This document shows, one piece after another, positions 8,073-18,116 of a stretch of 64,000 nucleotides of DNA. How positions within the stretch are numbered: the first letter of the stretch is position 1; each line of letters starts with the position of its first letter. The notes beneath the pieces are model-generated. The model was not told the origin of the DNA, made no database searches, and saw nothing but the letters and a program-made list of their open reading frames with translations. The DNA comes from a virus. Its lineage: Duplodnaviria > Caudoviricetes. The position numbers and the translations under genes are program-made. Location of the stretch: positions 19,446 to 83,445 of IMG/VR virus record IMGVR_UViG_3300016659_000057. One strand, 5' to 3'.

Positions 8073-8438
8073 ATGAACGTAGACATGGACACCGATGATT
8101 GGCTCGGCTGCCCCACTCCGCTGGATATGTACCAGCATCAGTGCTCAATCCTCGTAGATGAACTGGCGGAGACAGAGCGCATGTTGAGTCGAGCACGGGC
8201 GAACATCACTGGCCTGGTCCAGATGAATGACCTGCTCATGACAGGCAAGGCCGAGGCCGAAGGAAAGCTTGCCGATGCGCTGGATAAGATAAGTCTGCTG
8301 GAACAGCAGCAGTCGTTTGGTTCGGTGCAAAGCGTGAAGATCGTTACCGAGCAGAGGGACTATCTATTCAGGGAGAATCAGCGGCTGCTGGCAGAGTTAA
8401 AAGCTCTGCATGAGCTTCACCCAAGCTCATCTGCGTAG
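8073..8438 (+). CDS. SOS-box-preceded coiled-coil hypothetical protein
   Basis: MNVDMDTDDWLGCPTPL..., helical heptads. Confidence 0.7.
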   Translation: MNVDMDTDDWLGCPTPLDMYQHQCSILVDELAETERMLSRARANITGLVQMNDLLMTGKAEAEGKLADALDKISLLEQQQSFGSVQSVKIVTEQRDYLFRENQRLLAELKALHELHPSSSA

Positions 8439-8626
8439 GCTGCTACGGCTTCCTCGGTAAGCTCCCGCCACTCGTTATCATCAATTAGGCCCTGCTGCTT
8501 CAAGTCATCCGCCAGGGCCAGCCGCGTTTCGTAGCGCTCCTCAGGAGTGACCGATATGAATGCGGGATCATTGCGTAGCGCAAACCACGCCTCCATTGCG
8601 GTGACTTGTTCAATGTTGATCGCCAT
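8417..8626 (-). CDS. 69-aa acidic helical hypothetical protein
   Basis: Divergent from SRAP gene; weak similarity to 48646..48837. Confidence 0.6.
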   Translation of the reverse strand: MAINIEQVTAMEAWFALRNDPAFISVTPEERYETRLALADDLKQQGLIDDNEWRELTEEAVAAYADELG

Positions 8627-8709
8627 GACGAATGCCTCGGGCCAGTGTCTACAGTGTAGAGATTGGCCGGGGACCGGCTGTTCATTAGCGGCGACGAGCG
8701 GAGATGCTT

Positions 8710-9390
8710 ATGTGCGGACGACTATCACAGTACAGCGGTATCCACGACTTCGTTGCCGCGCTAAGCATGCCCAATGCTCTGGCGAACTCCGTGGGCGATC
8801 AACCAATTGAACGGTATAACGTGGCACCGACAACCGCGGTTGCGCTGCTACACCTGCAGGGCGATCTTCTACACGCCGACCCGGTGCGCTGGGGATGGCG
8901 ACCGCACTGGGCCAAGGATCGCGCTGCGCCGATCAACGCCCGCGTCGAGAAAGTCGCCCACGGCCCTTTCTTCCGGGCAATCTGGCCGCACAGGGCAATC
9001 ACACCTATCGACAACTGGTTTGAGTGGGTGGATGAAGGTGGACCCAAGAAACAGCCATACCTCATTCGCCGGCGTGATGGTGCACCGATATTCTGTGCCG
9101 CCATCGGCCAGTTACCGGATACCGACGAAGGCCCTGGCGAGCATGACGGCTTCGTGATCATCACCGCCGACAGTGCCGGGGGCATGGTGGACATTCACGA
9201 CCGTCGGCCCGTGGTGCTGACGGCGGACTTAGCTCGGGAATGGTTGGACCCGGCCACGCCCAAGGAGCGTGCCGAGCAGATGGCGCTGCATCAGGGCGAG
9301 CCGTCCGAGATGTTCGAGTGGTTCAAGGTCGACACAGCCGTGGGCAACGTCCGGAACAAGGGGCCCAACCTGATACAGCCTGCACCCTAA
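8710..9390 (+). CDS. SOS response-associated peptidase (SRAP/HMCES/YedK family)
   Basis: MCGR N-terminus, RYNVAPT, INARVE, HDRRPVVL motifs. Confidence 0.92.
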   Translation: MCGRLSQYSGIHDFVAALSMPNALANSVGDQPIERYNVAPTTAVALLHLQGDLLHADPVRWGWRPHWAKDRAAPINARVEKVAHGPFFRAIWPHRAITPIDNWFEWVDEGGPKKQPYLIRRRDGAPIFCAAIGQLPDTDEGPGEHDGFVIITADSAGGMVDIHDRRPVVLTADLAREWLDPATPKERAEQMALHQGEPSEMFEWFKVDTAVGNVRNKGPNLIQPAP

Positions 9391-10181
9391 AACAGCCCGC
9401 CGAGGTCAGCAGGTTTCCAATTCATGATCACAAGCTCGCCGCTGACCTCGGCTTTCCCCTGGCGCTGATTGGTGGTGCTGTAGCGGATGTCCAGTGTTTC
9501 AAAGTGGAACCCTTCAAACACCCGCCGAATATCAGGATGGTCGTTAATACTTACCATGACCTTGCCTTTGCAGCGGCGCATGAAGTCGGCCATCCGCTCA
9601 TAGTTTTCGAACGGAAAGTCCACCCCGTAGCCTGCGGTCTGCCAGTACGGTGGGTCCATGTAGTGGAAAGTGTGGGGCCGGTCGTAGCGCTCGGCGCATT
9701 CAAGCCATCCTAAGTTTTCGACATAGGTTCCGGAAAGGCGCTGCCAGGCTGCGGAAAGGTTCTCTTCAATCCGCAACAGATTAATAGCCGGCGCCGTAGT
9801 GGCAGTGCCGAAGGTCTGGCCGCTGACCTTCCCGGCAAAGGCATGGTGCTGCAGGTAGAAAAAACGGGAAGCTCGCTGGATATCGGTGAGGGTTTCCGGT
9901 CGGGTCATCTTCTGCCACTCAAACACTTGGCGTGAGCTCAGCGCCCATTTGAACTGGCGTACGAACTCTTCCAGGTGGTTCTGCACGACCCGGTACAACG
10001 TCACCAAGTCGCCATTGATATCGTTGAGAACTTCGACCGGGGCGGCCTGAGGGCGCATGAAGTAAAGCGCAGCACCACCAGCAAACACTTCAACGTAGCA
10101 TTCGTGCGGTGGGAACAGCGGAATAAGGCGATCAGCCAAGCGACGCTTGCCGCCCATCCATGGAACGATTGGGTTTGTCAT
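9387..10181 (-). CDS. DNA adenine methyltransferase (Dam-like, orphan)
   Basis: PWMGGKRRL, EVFAGGAA, NDINGDL, YMDPPY motifs. Confidence 0.9.
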   Translation of the reverse strand: MTNPIVPWMGGKRRLADRLIPLFPPHECYVEVFAGGAALYFMRPQAAPVEVLNDINGDLVTLYRVVQNHLEEFVRQFKWALSSRQVFEWQKMTRPETLTDIQRASRFFYLQHHAFAGKVSGQTFGTATTAPAINLLRIEENLSAAWQRLSGTYVENLGWLECAERYDRPHTFHYMDPPYWQTAGYGVDFPFENYERMADFMRRCKGKVMVSINDHPDIRRVFEGFHFETLDIRYSTTNQRQGKAEVSGELVIMNWKPADLGGLF

Positions 10182-10248
10182 TTTTGCAATCCTTTGCAAA
10201 GTGGGTGTTCATTGGGGTCATGTTAATTTTTGCGACCGGGAATGTAGG

Positions 10249-10752
10249 TCAGGGCGCAATGGCCCTGACATACGCCTGGCACGCCCGCAGCGCGATCAAT
10301 CCTTGGTCGCCGGCATCGGTGATGGCGATAATTCGTTGAGCATGCGCTGGGTCAAGTTGGGCTCGACGGGCTGCATGAACCACGCCGACGGCGCCGGGGG
10401 CGGCAGGCACGTTGCAGCCACTGGCTGAATCCTCGAGGAGGACTGACAGCCGGACATCAGCAGTGGCAAGGCGATCACGCAGGCGAGCCTGGTTGCGCTG
10501 GGCATCGGATAATTCCTTGGAGTGTTGTTGGTCCTGGCCGGCGAGCTGCTGCTCCAAGGCCAGGCGCTTGCCTTGCTCGGCCTGGGCCTGGGCGGCTGCC
10601 GCATTGCTGATGGTGGCCAGGTCCTTCTCGAACTGCCCCTCCTGCTCGGCAAGCTTTTCGCCCATGCGCCAGTCCTGAACCTGCCACGCGCCACCAAACC
10701 CGATGGCCAGCGCCAGCAGGATCGCGCAAAGGATCTGCCCGGGCGTCATCAC
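10249..10752 (-). CDS. Rz: Rz-like inner-membrane spanin
   Basis: N-terminal TM, coiled coil, downstream of endolysin. Confidence 0.85.
   Translation of the reverse strand: MMTPGQILCAILLALAIGFGGAWQVQDWRMGEKLAEQEGQFEKDLATISNAAAAQAQAEQGKRLALEQQLAGQDQQHSKELSDAQRNQARLRDRLATADVRLSVLLEDSASGCNVPAAPGAVGVVHAARRAQLDPAHAQRIIAITDAGDQGLIALRACQAYVRAIAP
10296..10505 (-). CDS. Rz1: Rz1-like outer-membrane lipoprotein spanin nested in Rz
   Basis: Alternate frame MPSATRLACVIALPLLMSG-C lipobox, Pro-rich. Confidence 0.8.
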   Translation of the reverse strand: MPSATRLACVIALPLLMSGCQSSSRIQPVAATCLPPPAPSAWFMQPVEPNLTQRMLNELSPSPMPATKD

Positions 10753-11174
10753 GGCACATCCTTGAAGAAGACGTGGTGACCCAGGCGCAGGGTCTGCTTG
10801 GCCTTCGCCGCCCAGGCCGGGGGCTTCGGCATGGTGGTTGCGTAGTAGTGCGTGGCGCCGCCAGTTGGATCGGGTACCGCACCCGACATCACCTGGTCAG
10901 CCGCACGTTGTGCTTGGGCGAACTGCGCCGCCGGGATCTGTTTCGCGCCGCTCAGGTAGGCGTAGTTCGGGTCGTTCTGGTTCCAGCAACTGAACTGCCA
11001 GGGCTTCAGGCACACGCCGGTGTAACCCTCCCCCCACCAGGACTTGGCCTTTCCATCGAATACGCGGTTTCGGATGGTCCAGGCCACGGCGATCTGCCCG
11101 GCTAGTGCCTCGCCGCGGGACTCGCCCCACAGCGTGCGCGCTAGGATGTCTCGGTCTTTCTCGGTTGCATTCAT
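10749..11174 (-). CDS. Endolysin, cell wall hydrolase (SleB/Hydrolase_2 family)
   Basis: LARTLWGESRGE, QFSCWN, GGATHYY motifs. Confidence 0.88.
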   Translation of the reverse strand: MNATEKDRDILARTLWGESRGEALAGQIAVAWTIRNRVFDGKAKSWWGEGYTGVCLKPWQFSCWNQNDPNYAYLSGAKQIPAAQFAQAQRAADQVMSGAVPDPTGGATHYYATTMPKPPAWAAKAKQTLRLGHHVFFKDVP

Positions 11175-11185
11175 GCTTTTCTCCA

Positions 11186-11213
11186 GGCAAAAAAATACCC
11201 GCTCGGGGCGGGC
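11186..11213 (-). terminator. Intrinsic terminator after tail fibre
   Basis: GCCCGC/GCGGGT stem plus T-run on minus strand. Confidence 0.65.
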
Positions 11214-11215
11214 AG

Positions 11216-12394
11216 TTATGCTTCGGTTGCTTCGGTTGCTTCGGGTGGCGGTGGCGCCTCGACAGCGGGCATCTCGAGGCGCACGTCGATCCAGCTATTT
11301 AGCGGGACGTCAATCGGCACACCTTTGCCCAGCACCATGTCCCCGTCATCCGTCAGCGACCAGCGCTGCTTAAATAGCCGGATTGTCACGCTGCCGTCGG
11401 CATCTTGCTCGCACTCGGTAATGCCAAGTGTGCGACCACCATCAGGCGAGCAAGGGTCCTGCGTTCTCCACCCCTCAAGCGCCAGGCCCAGACTTCCGCG
11501 CAATTGATACTCGCCGACGGCCTTGCGCTCAACGGTGACGCCATAAGCTTCTTCGTTGGCTACACCCCAAGCGCCAGCAGGTTGAAAGGTTTGCTCTTGC
11601 AAGTCTCGGCGCTCACTCTCAGCCACGCTTGCAACTCGCACGATAGGGGACGCAGCAGAGAGCGCGCCGCCAGATCCTCGAGTAGTGTTTGCGGTTGTGT
11701 AAACCTCGGTCCACGTAGCGTCCCAGCCCAGCTGGTTACCGCGAAAATACATCCGCTTGTTAAACGAGATCGCCAGCTGAGTAGTAATGGCATTGCCATA
11801 CGACTGAACCATGACCGTCCCGTAGTTCATTCCGGCGGGCCGGTTCAGGGTTGTGCCGGTGTCCCTATAGAAGCCTGTCTCAAGTGCCGAGTTAAAGTTT
11901 GTCGGGGATCCGGGAACGACCGGCGTATAGCCTCCAAACCCATAAGCCCCCCATGGAAGCAAGTTTCCGTCAGCGAGACCGGCATTCAATACCGCGGCGC
12001 TCCCAAGCCCCAAGCCGTTGCGGGCAGCCGATTGGGTTGTACCGCCGGTCCCCCCCTTGGTTACAGGAACCACGTTCTCAGTCGATACGGTGCCGAGACC
12101 CGCCAGTGTCGCCCCCCACTGCTGAATCATCGCTCGGGCTTGGTCGGCGAGATCCTTTGTGTAGCCCTGCACGGGCATCAGTGCATACGCACCAGCCCCG
12201 GTAGATGTGCTTCCATAGGGCGGCGCAATAGAAAGCGCCGTATTGCTGGCGATGTTGGTAACTTCGTACTGTTTACCGTCAGGACCTATGAATGCATCCC
12301 CTACCCGACTGTTGGCGATAAAGGCGGTTCCATTACCGGTTACCGCATTCGAATTCAACGTTACGGCAACTGTGCCGGCTCTGTACCAAGGCAT
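11216..12394 (-). CDS. Tail fibre / receptor-binding protein
   Basis: MPWYRAGTVAVTLNSNAVTG.GTAF N-terminus, knob-like central region. Confidence 0.85.
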   Translation of the reverse strand: MPWYRAGTVAVTLNSNAVTGNGTAFIANSRVGDAFIGPDGKQYEVTNIASNTALSIAPPYGSTSTGAGAYALMPVQGYTKDLADQARAMIQQWGATLAGLGTVSTENVVPVTKGGTGGTTQSAARNGLGLGSAAVLNAGLADGNLLPWGAYGFGGYTPVVPGSPTNFNSALETGFYRDTGTTLNRPAGMNYGTVMVQSYGNAITTQLAISFNKRMYFRGNQLGWDATWTEVYTTANTTRGSGGALSAASPIVRVASVAESERRDLQEQTFQPAGAWGVANEEAYGVTVERKAVGEYQLRGSLGLALEGWRTQDPCSPDGGRTLGITECEQDADGSVTIRLFKQRWSLTDDGDMVLGKGVPIDVPLNSWIDVRLEMPAVEAPPPPEATEATEA

Positions 12395-12437
12395 TTTTAT
12401 CTCCTAAAGCCGTCCAAAAAGAATGGACTACGTTATT

Positions 12438-13316
12438 TCAATTAAAAGGAAAAGGTAGCCCTTCTGTTTTGATCACTAGGGCTGATGGAAACCTACTTGT
12501 TGGCAGGTTCATGTATGAATAGGACCCGGCGGTATTTGATGTCGGCCAATAATCCTCGGTCGTCCTGCCTGGCGGGGCAAAGAAGAAGCTGATCCCGCCA
12601 ACTCTTCCGAAGGCACCTTCAGTCATCCCATATACGGTGGGGGCGCCCCCATCCGGAAAAGGGTCGCCGTCAATAATCCCGCAAGACCTATTCCAAGGAA
12701 GAAAGGCTGCATATTCCGAGCCGCCATCTAAGTTAATGTCAACCAAACTGTGAGCAATAGCGGAACTTGTTTGAGATTGAAATGCAATTCTTTCGTTTCG
12801 TCCCCCAATATATGTGGATGCAGGCCTTCCAAATCTATCCAGTGGGCCTGGATCAGGTGCGCGTATTGACGCAACAACGTTCATTGGATTTTGGTTTGAA
12901 TTGAACGTAATTTGGCCTGACTCCCGTGATCTGGTTTTTAGCCAAGGACTGGGCAATACGTCATTACGCATCAGATCAAAACAGTAATACTTCGTAGCCG
13001 TACTGGCTCCCGCATACAGATAGGTTTTGGTGCTCCCGGAAACTGTTACTCCTGTAGCAGTACCTCTACCTACAAGAAAAACAATGGGTGACTGAGGATT
13101 GTCAATTGTGAAGCCAAACTGGTTATCTCCTGGCAAGCCAGATTCAACCCAGCTACTCGCTAAATTCGGATCTACGTTGATTGCTCTTAGGCGCCATCGC
13201 CTCCAGTTTGAGCTGAAAGATAGATATCCGCTCTTTACCAAGCCGTAACTGATATTCCCCGTATCATAGAGCAGTGACCCATCGGGCTTCTTGGCGACAA
13301 GCTTGGCATTAGCCAT
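12438..13316 (-). CDS. AT-richer tail-tip-associated protein
   Basis: Beta-rich ORF, ATG overlaps upstream stop, between J and fibre. Confidence 0.7.
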   Translation of the reverse strand: MANAKLVAKKPDGSLLYDTGNISYGLVKSGYLSFSSNWRRWRLRAINVDPNLASSWVESGLPGDNQFGFTIDNPQSPIVFLVGRGTATGVTVSGSTKTYLYAGASTATKYYCFDLMRNDVLPSPWLKTRSRESGQITFNSNQNPMNVVASIRAPDPGPLDRFGRPASTYIGGRNERIAFQSQTSSAIAHSLVDINLDGGSEYAAFLPWNRSCGIIDGDPFPDGGAPTVYGMTEGAFGRVGGISFFFAPPGRTTEDYWPTSNTAGSYSYMNLPTSRFPSALVIKTEGLPFPFN

Positions 13317-13621
13317 CAGTAATACCCATAGTAAATTCGACAGTTCGCAGAAAAGAAACCCCACCCTGCTGTATTGTATGAATACACCCAGGATAGGGTT
13401 GTACCACTTAGAGCAACGCCAGGCCGCTTGCCCTTATCCATCTGCAAATCCACAAGCGGAGAAACCGTAAAGAACAAAGACCTGCCCGCTGGAGCTGCGG
13501 GAATTTGAATTTCACCGTTCTGACCATTGGTTTCAACATAGCCTGTCGTCTGACTTATAAAGCTAGTCATATCAATTTTTACGGCGCCCGTAGCCTTGTC
13601 TCTAATTACTAGTCCGACCAT
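13316..13621 (-). CDS. Small tail-tip-associated protein
   Basis: Directly after J, coupled to next gene. Confidence 0.7.
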   Translation of the reverse strand: MVGLVIRDKATGAVKIDMTSFISQTTGYVETNGQNGEIQIPAAPAGRSLFFTVSPLVDLQMDKGKRPGVALSGTTLSWVYSYNTAGWGFFSANCRIYYGYY

Positions 13622-13622
13622 A

Positions 13623-16600
13623 TCAAAGACTCAAGTCAATACCGACGACACCGTTGGCATAGATGAACTTTAGGAAGGTATTTGTGAGCATCATGGTTCC
13701 TACGCCCTCGATATTCCCGTTCATTTCAAATGTCCCATCGAAAGACAATCTCCATCCGCTAACCCCTGCAACATAGTTATTAGACTGAATGGAGTTACCT
13801 ATCTTGGCGTTAGTGATCGTGCCGTCCTCAATCATTGCCGACCTCATGAACACCTGGCCGTTGTTCACAACGAATGGCGTAGTGAGCCCACCACCGGCAA
13901 GCGTGTTCACCACGGCAAACCGATCCGCGCTCACCAGGAACTGGCTTTGCAATAAACCGTCCGCATTCTGCTCAATGCCTAGCGCAATTCCGGCAGCCAC
14001 ATACTGGCCGTTCGAGTTCACCTGCATCTTCACCGCGTACATGGTGGAAAGCTTGCCGTCGGTGTCGGCTTGCGCCTTAGCGGTGACCTGGATTGCGGCC
14101 TTGTTCTTCCACTCACTCAGCGCGCTTGCCAAATCGCCCTCATCTGTTCCATCGCGCCCCCCACCGATTACGGCCTGAAGCGTTGTGGTTTGGGATGAGA
14201 TTGCACTGTTGGTATCTGCCAGAGACTGCGTGACCGTGAGAACAGCCGCGGAGTTTTCATCCACCTTCGACTGGATGAGGTCTGAGCGCGCCGATAGAGC
14301 GGAATCGCCGTCGGCTCGTGTACTCGCTTCCGAACTTATCGCCGCTGTATTGCCGTCGACATCGCTTTTCAACTGATCCAGGCGGGTGACTGTCGCCAGC
14401 TTGTCAGTGGCCACCACCTGCTCCAGCGTGGTCAAACCGGCCCTGTTCGCACCTACTGCCGCATCCAGCGACGTCGTGCGTTCAACCAAGGCCAGGTTGT
14501 CGGAGGCTTGCACTTTCACCTGTTGGGCGAACTTTGCCGTCGCATCCCAGTTTTGCAACGCATCGGAAAGGTCACCCTCTCCATCTTCTTCACGCCAGCT
14601 TGCCTGGAGCGACTGCAGCGTAGATGCCTGGGCATTGACCTTGCCGTCCACAGTATTGATGGACGCCTGATTCTGCTGGATCTGTAATGCCATTGCCTTT
14701 GTTGTCTCGGCAATGGTGCCGATATCGAACCAGTAGGTGGCGTTGGGAGGCGTGGTATTTTTCGGTACCGGCGCTATAGCTTGGTACAGGTGCTGGCCCT
14801 GCCGCACGACGTCGCCGGCCACATAGGTTTTGGTCGGGTCATAGGCCAAAGCATCCGTGATCTGGCCGATCAGGTCCTCTAACTCCTGCTTTGCCTGCTC
14901 CAGTCGGTTATTCACCGAGCCGGGACCATCGCCAGATATCAACTCGATCTCGTCCAGCAACTCCTTGGCCAACTCCGTTTCGCCAATCTGACCGGCGATC
15001 AGGTCCAGAATCGGCCCGGCCTGTGAGCTGGCTTGGCCCATCACCCCATTCACCACCGGATAGAACGGACCGATGTTGCCGGTACGGTCCACCAGGCGCG
15101 CCCAGAAGAACAGCGTTGCGCCCGCCAACAGGGACTGCATCCGGTAGTCGGCCTGCGGATATGCCAGGTCGGCCAGCTTCGTCGCGGCCTGCAGGTTGTT
15201 CGCCGGGCCATACCAAAGCTCGGTGCGCTGGGTATCCTCGGCGCCAGCAGGGAAGCCCCACTTGATGCCGATGCCGAATAGCTCGCTGGTGGTGGTCAGG
15301 AATGACACCGCCGGCGGCAAGCCGGTCTTTCCTTCCAGGTTGGTCAGGCTGGAGTTTTTCCATATCGACGAGATTTCGAAGGCGCTCACCGCACGCACCC
15401 GAGCCAGGTAGGCGCCCGAGTAGATGCCAGTGACGTCGACGCTCGTTGAGCCAGTACTCTGCACCTTGATCCAGTTGCCGCTGTCCTTGCGCCACTCCAC
15501 GTCATAGGCGACGGCTCCGGCAACAGCGGGCCATGAGATGTTCATGGTGCTGATGGCCAGGCCCTGGTCGATGGAAATGTTCGATGTGATCGTGACGCTC
15601 GCCGGTGCCGGAACCACAGTGATCGGAATCACGCTGATTGGGCGTTCTTCCAGGCGTGCGCCGGTATCAATGCTGGCGAACTTGCTTGGCTCGTACTGCA
15701 AAGCGCTGATGTCGTAATCACCCTCTGGCGTCCGTGCGGTTCGCATCACTCTATATAGAGGGATTGCCAGGTCGTCAGCGTCGATCGCCCACTGGAGTTG
15801 TGCAGCAGGTGCCTCACTGTAGGCCACGGTCACGGTTACATTGCGACCGCTCACGCTTTCCACGGTGCGTCCTTCTGCCCGCCCGCCCGGTAGATTGATC
15901 ACCAGCCGGTCACCGGCCTTCGCCAGGGTGTCGCGGTCTAAGGTGATGACCTTCCCCGCCGCTGCCGCAATGCGCCCGCCGATCTCCCGGCCAGCCAGCA
16001 GCGAGTCGGCAACCGGAATGATGAAGCCAGGCAGCGGGATACGGCCTTCCATGCCGGTCCTGAAGCTGATCGTGCGGTCCTGGTTGTTGCTCAGGACTAG
16101 CCATTTTGCCCGACGCTGGGCTTCAGATGCCCGGGTGCAACCGATGGCACTGATCTCAGTCGGCTTGTCGCCCAGGCGGCGCTGTAGCGGCAGGTCTGAA
16201 TAGACCGTGACGTCGGTGTCGTAGTTGTTGAGCGGGTTGTCGTAGCTGACCAGACAGCGAGTGAAGCGGGTCTTCGCCGAGGCGCTGCCGTAGGAGATCT
16301 TGCCGTCGATGACGTTGGACCGGGTGAAGACGTAATCGATGTCCTGCGCCCGAGGCATATCAGCCTGCATGACCAACTGGCCCTGGGCCCAGTACGTCAT
16401 CCCGCGATAGATACCGGCGATGTCGCGCAGCAGTGACCAAGCGTCGGCCTTGCCCTGCAGGTTCATGTCGCACAGGAAGCGCGGCTCAACGCCATCAGCA
16501 CCATTGGGCACCATCTGGTCGCAGTATTGCGCGATGCGGTACAGCTCCCACTTGTCCACCATCCACGGCTTGATGCGGCGGCCCAGGCCGAAACGGTCCT

Positions 16601-17480
16601 GGGTGCAGATCCCGTAGGTGATCCAGGCCGGGTTGTTGGTCCAGGCCTCCTTCATGGTGCCGTCCCATGCGCCGGTGTAGCTGCGGGACACAGGTTCATA
16701 GTTGCTCGGCACCTGCCAGCGGCGGGCCTTGCACTTCACGGTGACGGCCGGGATGTTGGTGAACTGCTCGGCGTCGAATTCAACGAACAGCAATGCAGTG
16801 TTCGGATAGCGCAGCTTTGCGTCGATCACCTGGGTGTAGCCGGCGATGAAGAGGCTGTCCGCGACTTTGTCGGTGTTCTGCGAGTTTGGCGTGAGGCGGC
16901 GAACGCGGATCAGCCAGCCGCTGGTAGCCGGTGGCAGGTCTATTCGCAGAGACCGCTCGTAGCGGGTGGTGGTCTTTCCGTCCATAGCGCCCACCAGAAC
17001 CTGCTGATATGCCCCGCCGTCGGTTGCCACATCGACCGCATATTCAATACGGTAGCCGTTGATGTTGCCTTCAGCGTCCTGGCTCGCCAGGCGCGGCGTG
17101 GCCAGGCGGATACGCGCGGCCGAGAGCTGAAGGTTGGTCAGCGACTGAACCCAAGGCGTGCCGCTGCGCAGCTCGATGTTCAGTGAGGTCTCATTGTCTA
17201 CAGACGGAATACCCGGGATGTAGGCCTGCTCAACGGAGCCTGGGCGCCAGTCCCACTTCACGTTGGTGAAGTTGAAATTGCCGCTGGCATCCTGAATCGG
17301 GGTGTTGTCGAGGAAGATATCGCGCGCAGTGGGAGTGCCGTCGAATTCGCCCTCGCCCACCGCGATCAGGATCTTGGCTATGTTGGTCGAGCGCAGGCTG
17401 TCGGGCGCCTCTACAGGGGCCTTTGGCTTGCTCTCGCCACCTTTGGCACCGTGAATATCCAGCTTCTGTGCTGCGCCCAT
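13623..17480 (-). CDS. J: Tail tip / host specificity protein J
   Basis: 1285 aa; GAKGG..., WTNNPAW, FN3-like region, C-terminal DUF1983-like segment. Confidence 0.93.
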   Translation of the reverse strand: MGAAQKLDIHGAKGGESKPKAPVEAPDSLRSTNIAKILIAVGEGEFDGTPTARDIFLDNTPIQDASGNFNFTNVKWDWRPGSVEQAYIPGIPSVDNETSLNIELRSGTPWVQSLTNLQLSAARIRLATPRLASQDAEGNINGYRIEYAVDVATDGGAYQQVLVGAMDGKTTTRYERSLRIDLPPATSGWLIRVRRLTPNSQNTDKVADSLFIAGYTQVIDAKLRYPNTALLFVEFDAEQFTNIPAVTVKCKARRWQVPSNYEPVSRSYTGAWDGTMKEAWTNNPAWITYGICTQDRFGLGRRIKPWMVDKWELYRIAQYCDQMVPNGADGVEPRFLCDMNLQGKADAWSLLRDIAGIYRGMTYWAQGQLVMQADMPRAQDIDYVFTRSNVIDGKISYGSASAKTRFTRCLVSYDNPLNNYDTDVTVYSDLPLQRRLGDKPTEISAIGCTRASEAQRRAKWLVLSNNQDRTISFRTGMEGRIPLPGFIIPVADSLLAGREIGGRIAAAAGKVITLDRDTLAKAGDRLVINLPGGRAEGRTVESVSGRNVTVTVAYSEAPAAQLQWAIDADDLAIPLYRVMRTARTPEGDYDISALQYEPSKFASIDTGARLEERPISVIPITVVPAPASVTITSNISIDQGLAISTMNISWPAVAGAVAYDVEWRKDSGNWIKVQSTGSTSVDVTGIYSGAYLARVRAVSAFEISSIWKNSSLTNLEGKTGLPPAVSFLTTTSELFGIGIKWGFPAGAEDTQRTELWYGPANNLQAATKLADLAYPQADYRMQSLLAGATLFFWARLVDRTGNIGPFYPVVNGVMGQASSQAGPILDLIAGQIGETELAKELLDEIELISGDGPGSVNNRLEQAKQELEDLIGQITDALAYDPTKTYVAGDVVRQGQHLYQAIAPVPKNTTPPNATYWFDIGTIAETTKAMALQIQQNQASINTVDGKVNAQASTLQSLQASWREEDGEGDLSDALQNWDATAKFAQQVKVQASDNLALVERTTSLDAAVGANRAGLTTLEQVVATDKLATVTRLDQLKSDVDGNTAAISSEASTRADGDSALSARSDLIQSKVDENSAAVLTVTQSLADTNSAISSQTTTLQAVIGGGRDGTDEGDLASALSEWKNKAAIQVTAKAQADTDGKLSTMYAVKMQVNSNGQYVAAGIALGIEQNADGLLQSQFLVSADRFAVVNTLAGGGLTTPFVVNNGQVFMRSAMIEDGTITNAKIGNSIQSNNYVAGVSGWRLSFDGTFEMNGNIEGVGTMMLTNTFLKFIYANGVVGIDLSL

Positions 17481-17491
17481 GCTTTCCTCCA

Positions 17492-17518
17492 GGCAATAAA
17501 AAACCGCCTCTTGGGCGG
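17492..17518 (-). terminator. Intrinsic terminator fused to RBS of J
   Basis: CCGCCC-AAGA-GGCGG-TTTTTTATTGCC-TGGAGG. Confidence 0.65.
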
Positions 17519-17537
17519 CCTGCTCGATGCGTCGTGG

Positions 17538-18116
17538 TTACGTCTTGTCTTCGGCGTAGACCGATGCCGAGATGATCGCCCCGCCCCACCGGCGCTCACC
17601 GATGCAGATTGGGACGGGATTGCCGCTTGCTGTGGTGTTCTTCGCGCTGCCGAACGCGTAGCTCGGCTGATTCTCAGGCGATGCGCTTTGCTTCAAACCG
17701 GCGGCTTGCGGGCTGAGCATCTGAATAACGCCGCCAGCCAGCAGCGCGATACCGGCAGGCGCTGTCGGCGCGCCGAAGTAGCTGGCCGCGATGAGCACGA
17801 CGCCCAGCACAATCTGCAAAATGCCGCCGCGCTTGCTGCCCTCGACCACTGGGACAATCCTGACTTCCTTGGTGCCACCCATGCCAAACTGGTCAGGCCC
17901 GGTGTTCTTCCTGTTGCGGAAGATGGCAAAGCGAAGTCCGAGGCGGTCAAGGCGGCGAATCTCAGCCTCGAATCCGTCAATCGTGGCCTTCATCGCCCGG
18001 AAGACCTCCCAAGTGTCGCCAGACCCGACCTGGCGCCGGTGCAGCCTGCCGAACTTTTGAGCCAGCGAACCGGAAAGCTTGATGGTGGTCATCGGCGAAT
18101 AAACAATGGCGCTCAT
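17538..18116 (-). CDS. Tail assembly protein I
   Basis: IKLSGSLAQKFGR, SYAFGS...PVPICIG motifs. Confidence 0.88.
   Translation of the reverse strand: MSAIVYSPMTTIKLSGSLAQKFGRLHRRQVGSGDTWEVFRAMKATIDGFEAEIRRLDRLGLRFAIFRNRKNTGPDQFGMGGTKEVRIVPVVEGSKRGGILQIVLGVVLIAASYFGAPTAPAGIALLAGGVIQMLSPQAAGLKQSASPENQPSYAFGSAKNTTASGNPVPICIGERRWGGAIISASVYAEDKT

Noticed and set aside
11405-12445. Long plus-strand ORF opposite the tail fibre, and similar antisense ORFs (28833..29807, 41159..42241, 42204..43070, 60782..61609)
   Set aside because: Shadow frames of GC-rich real genes; no motifs or RBS.
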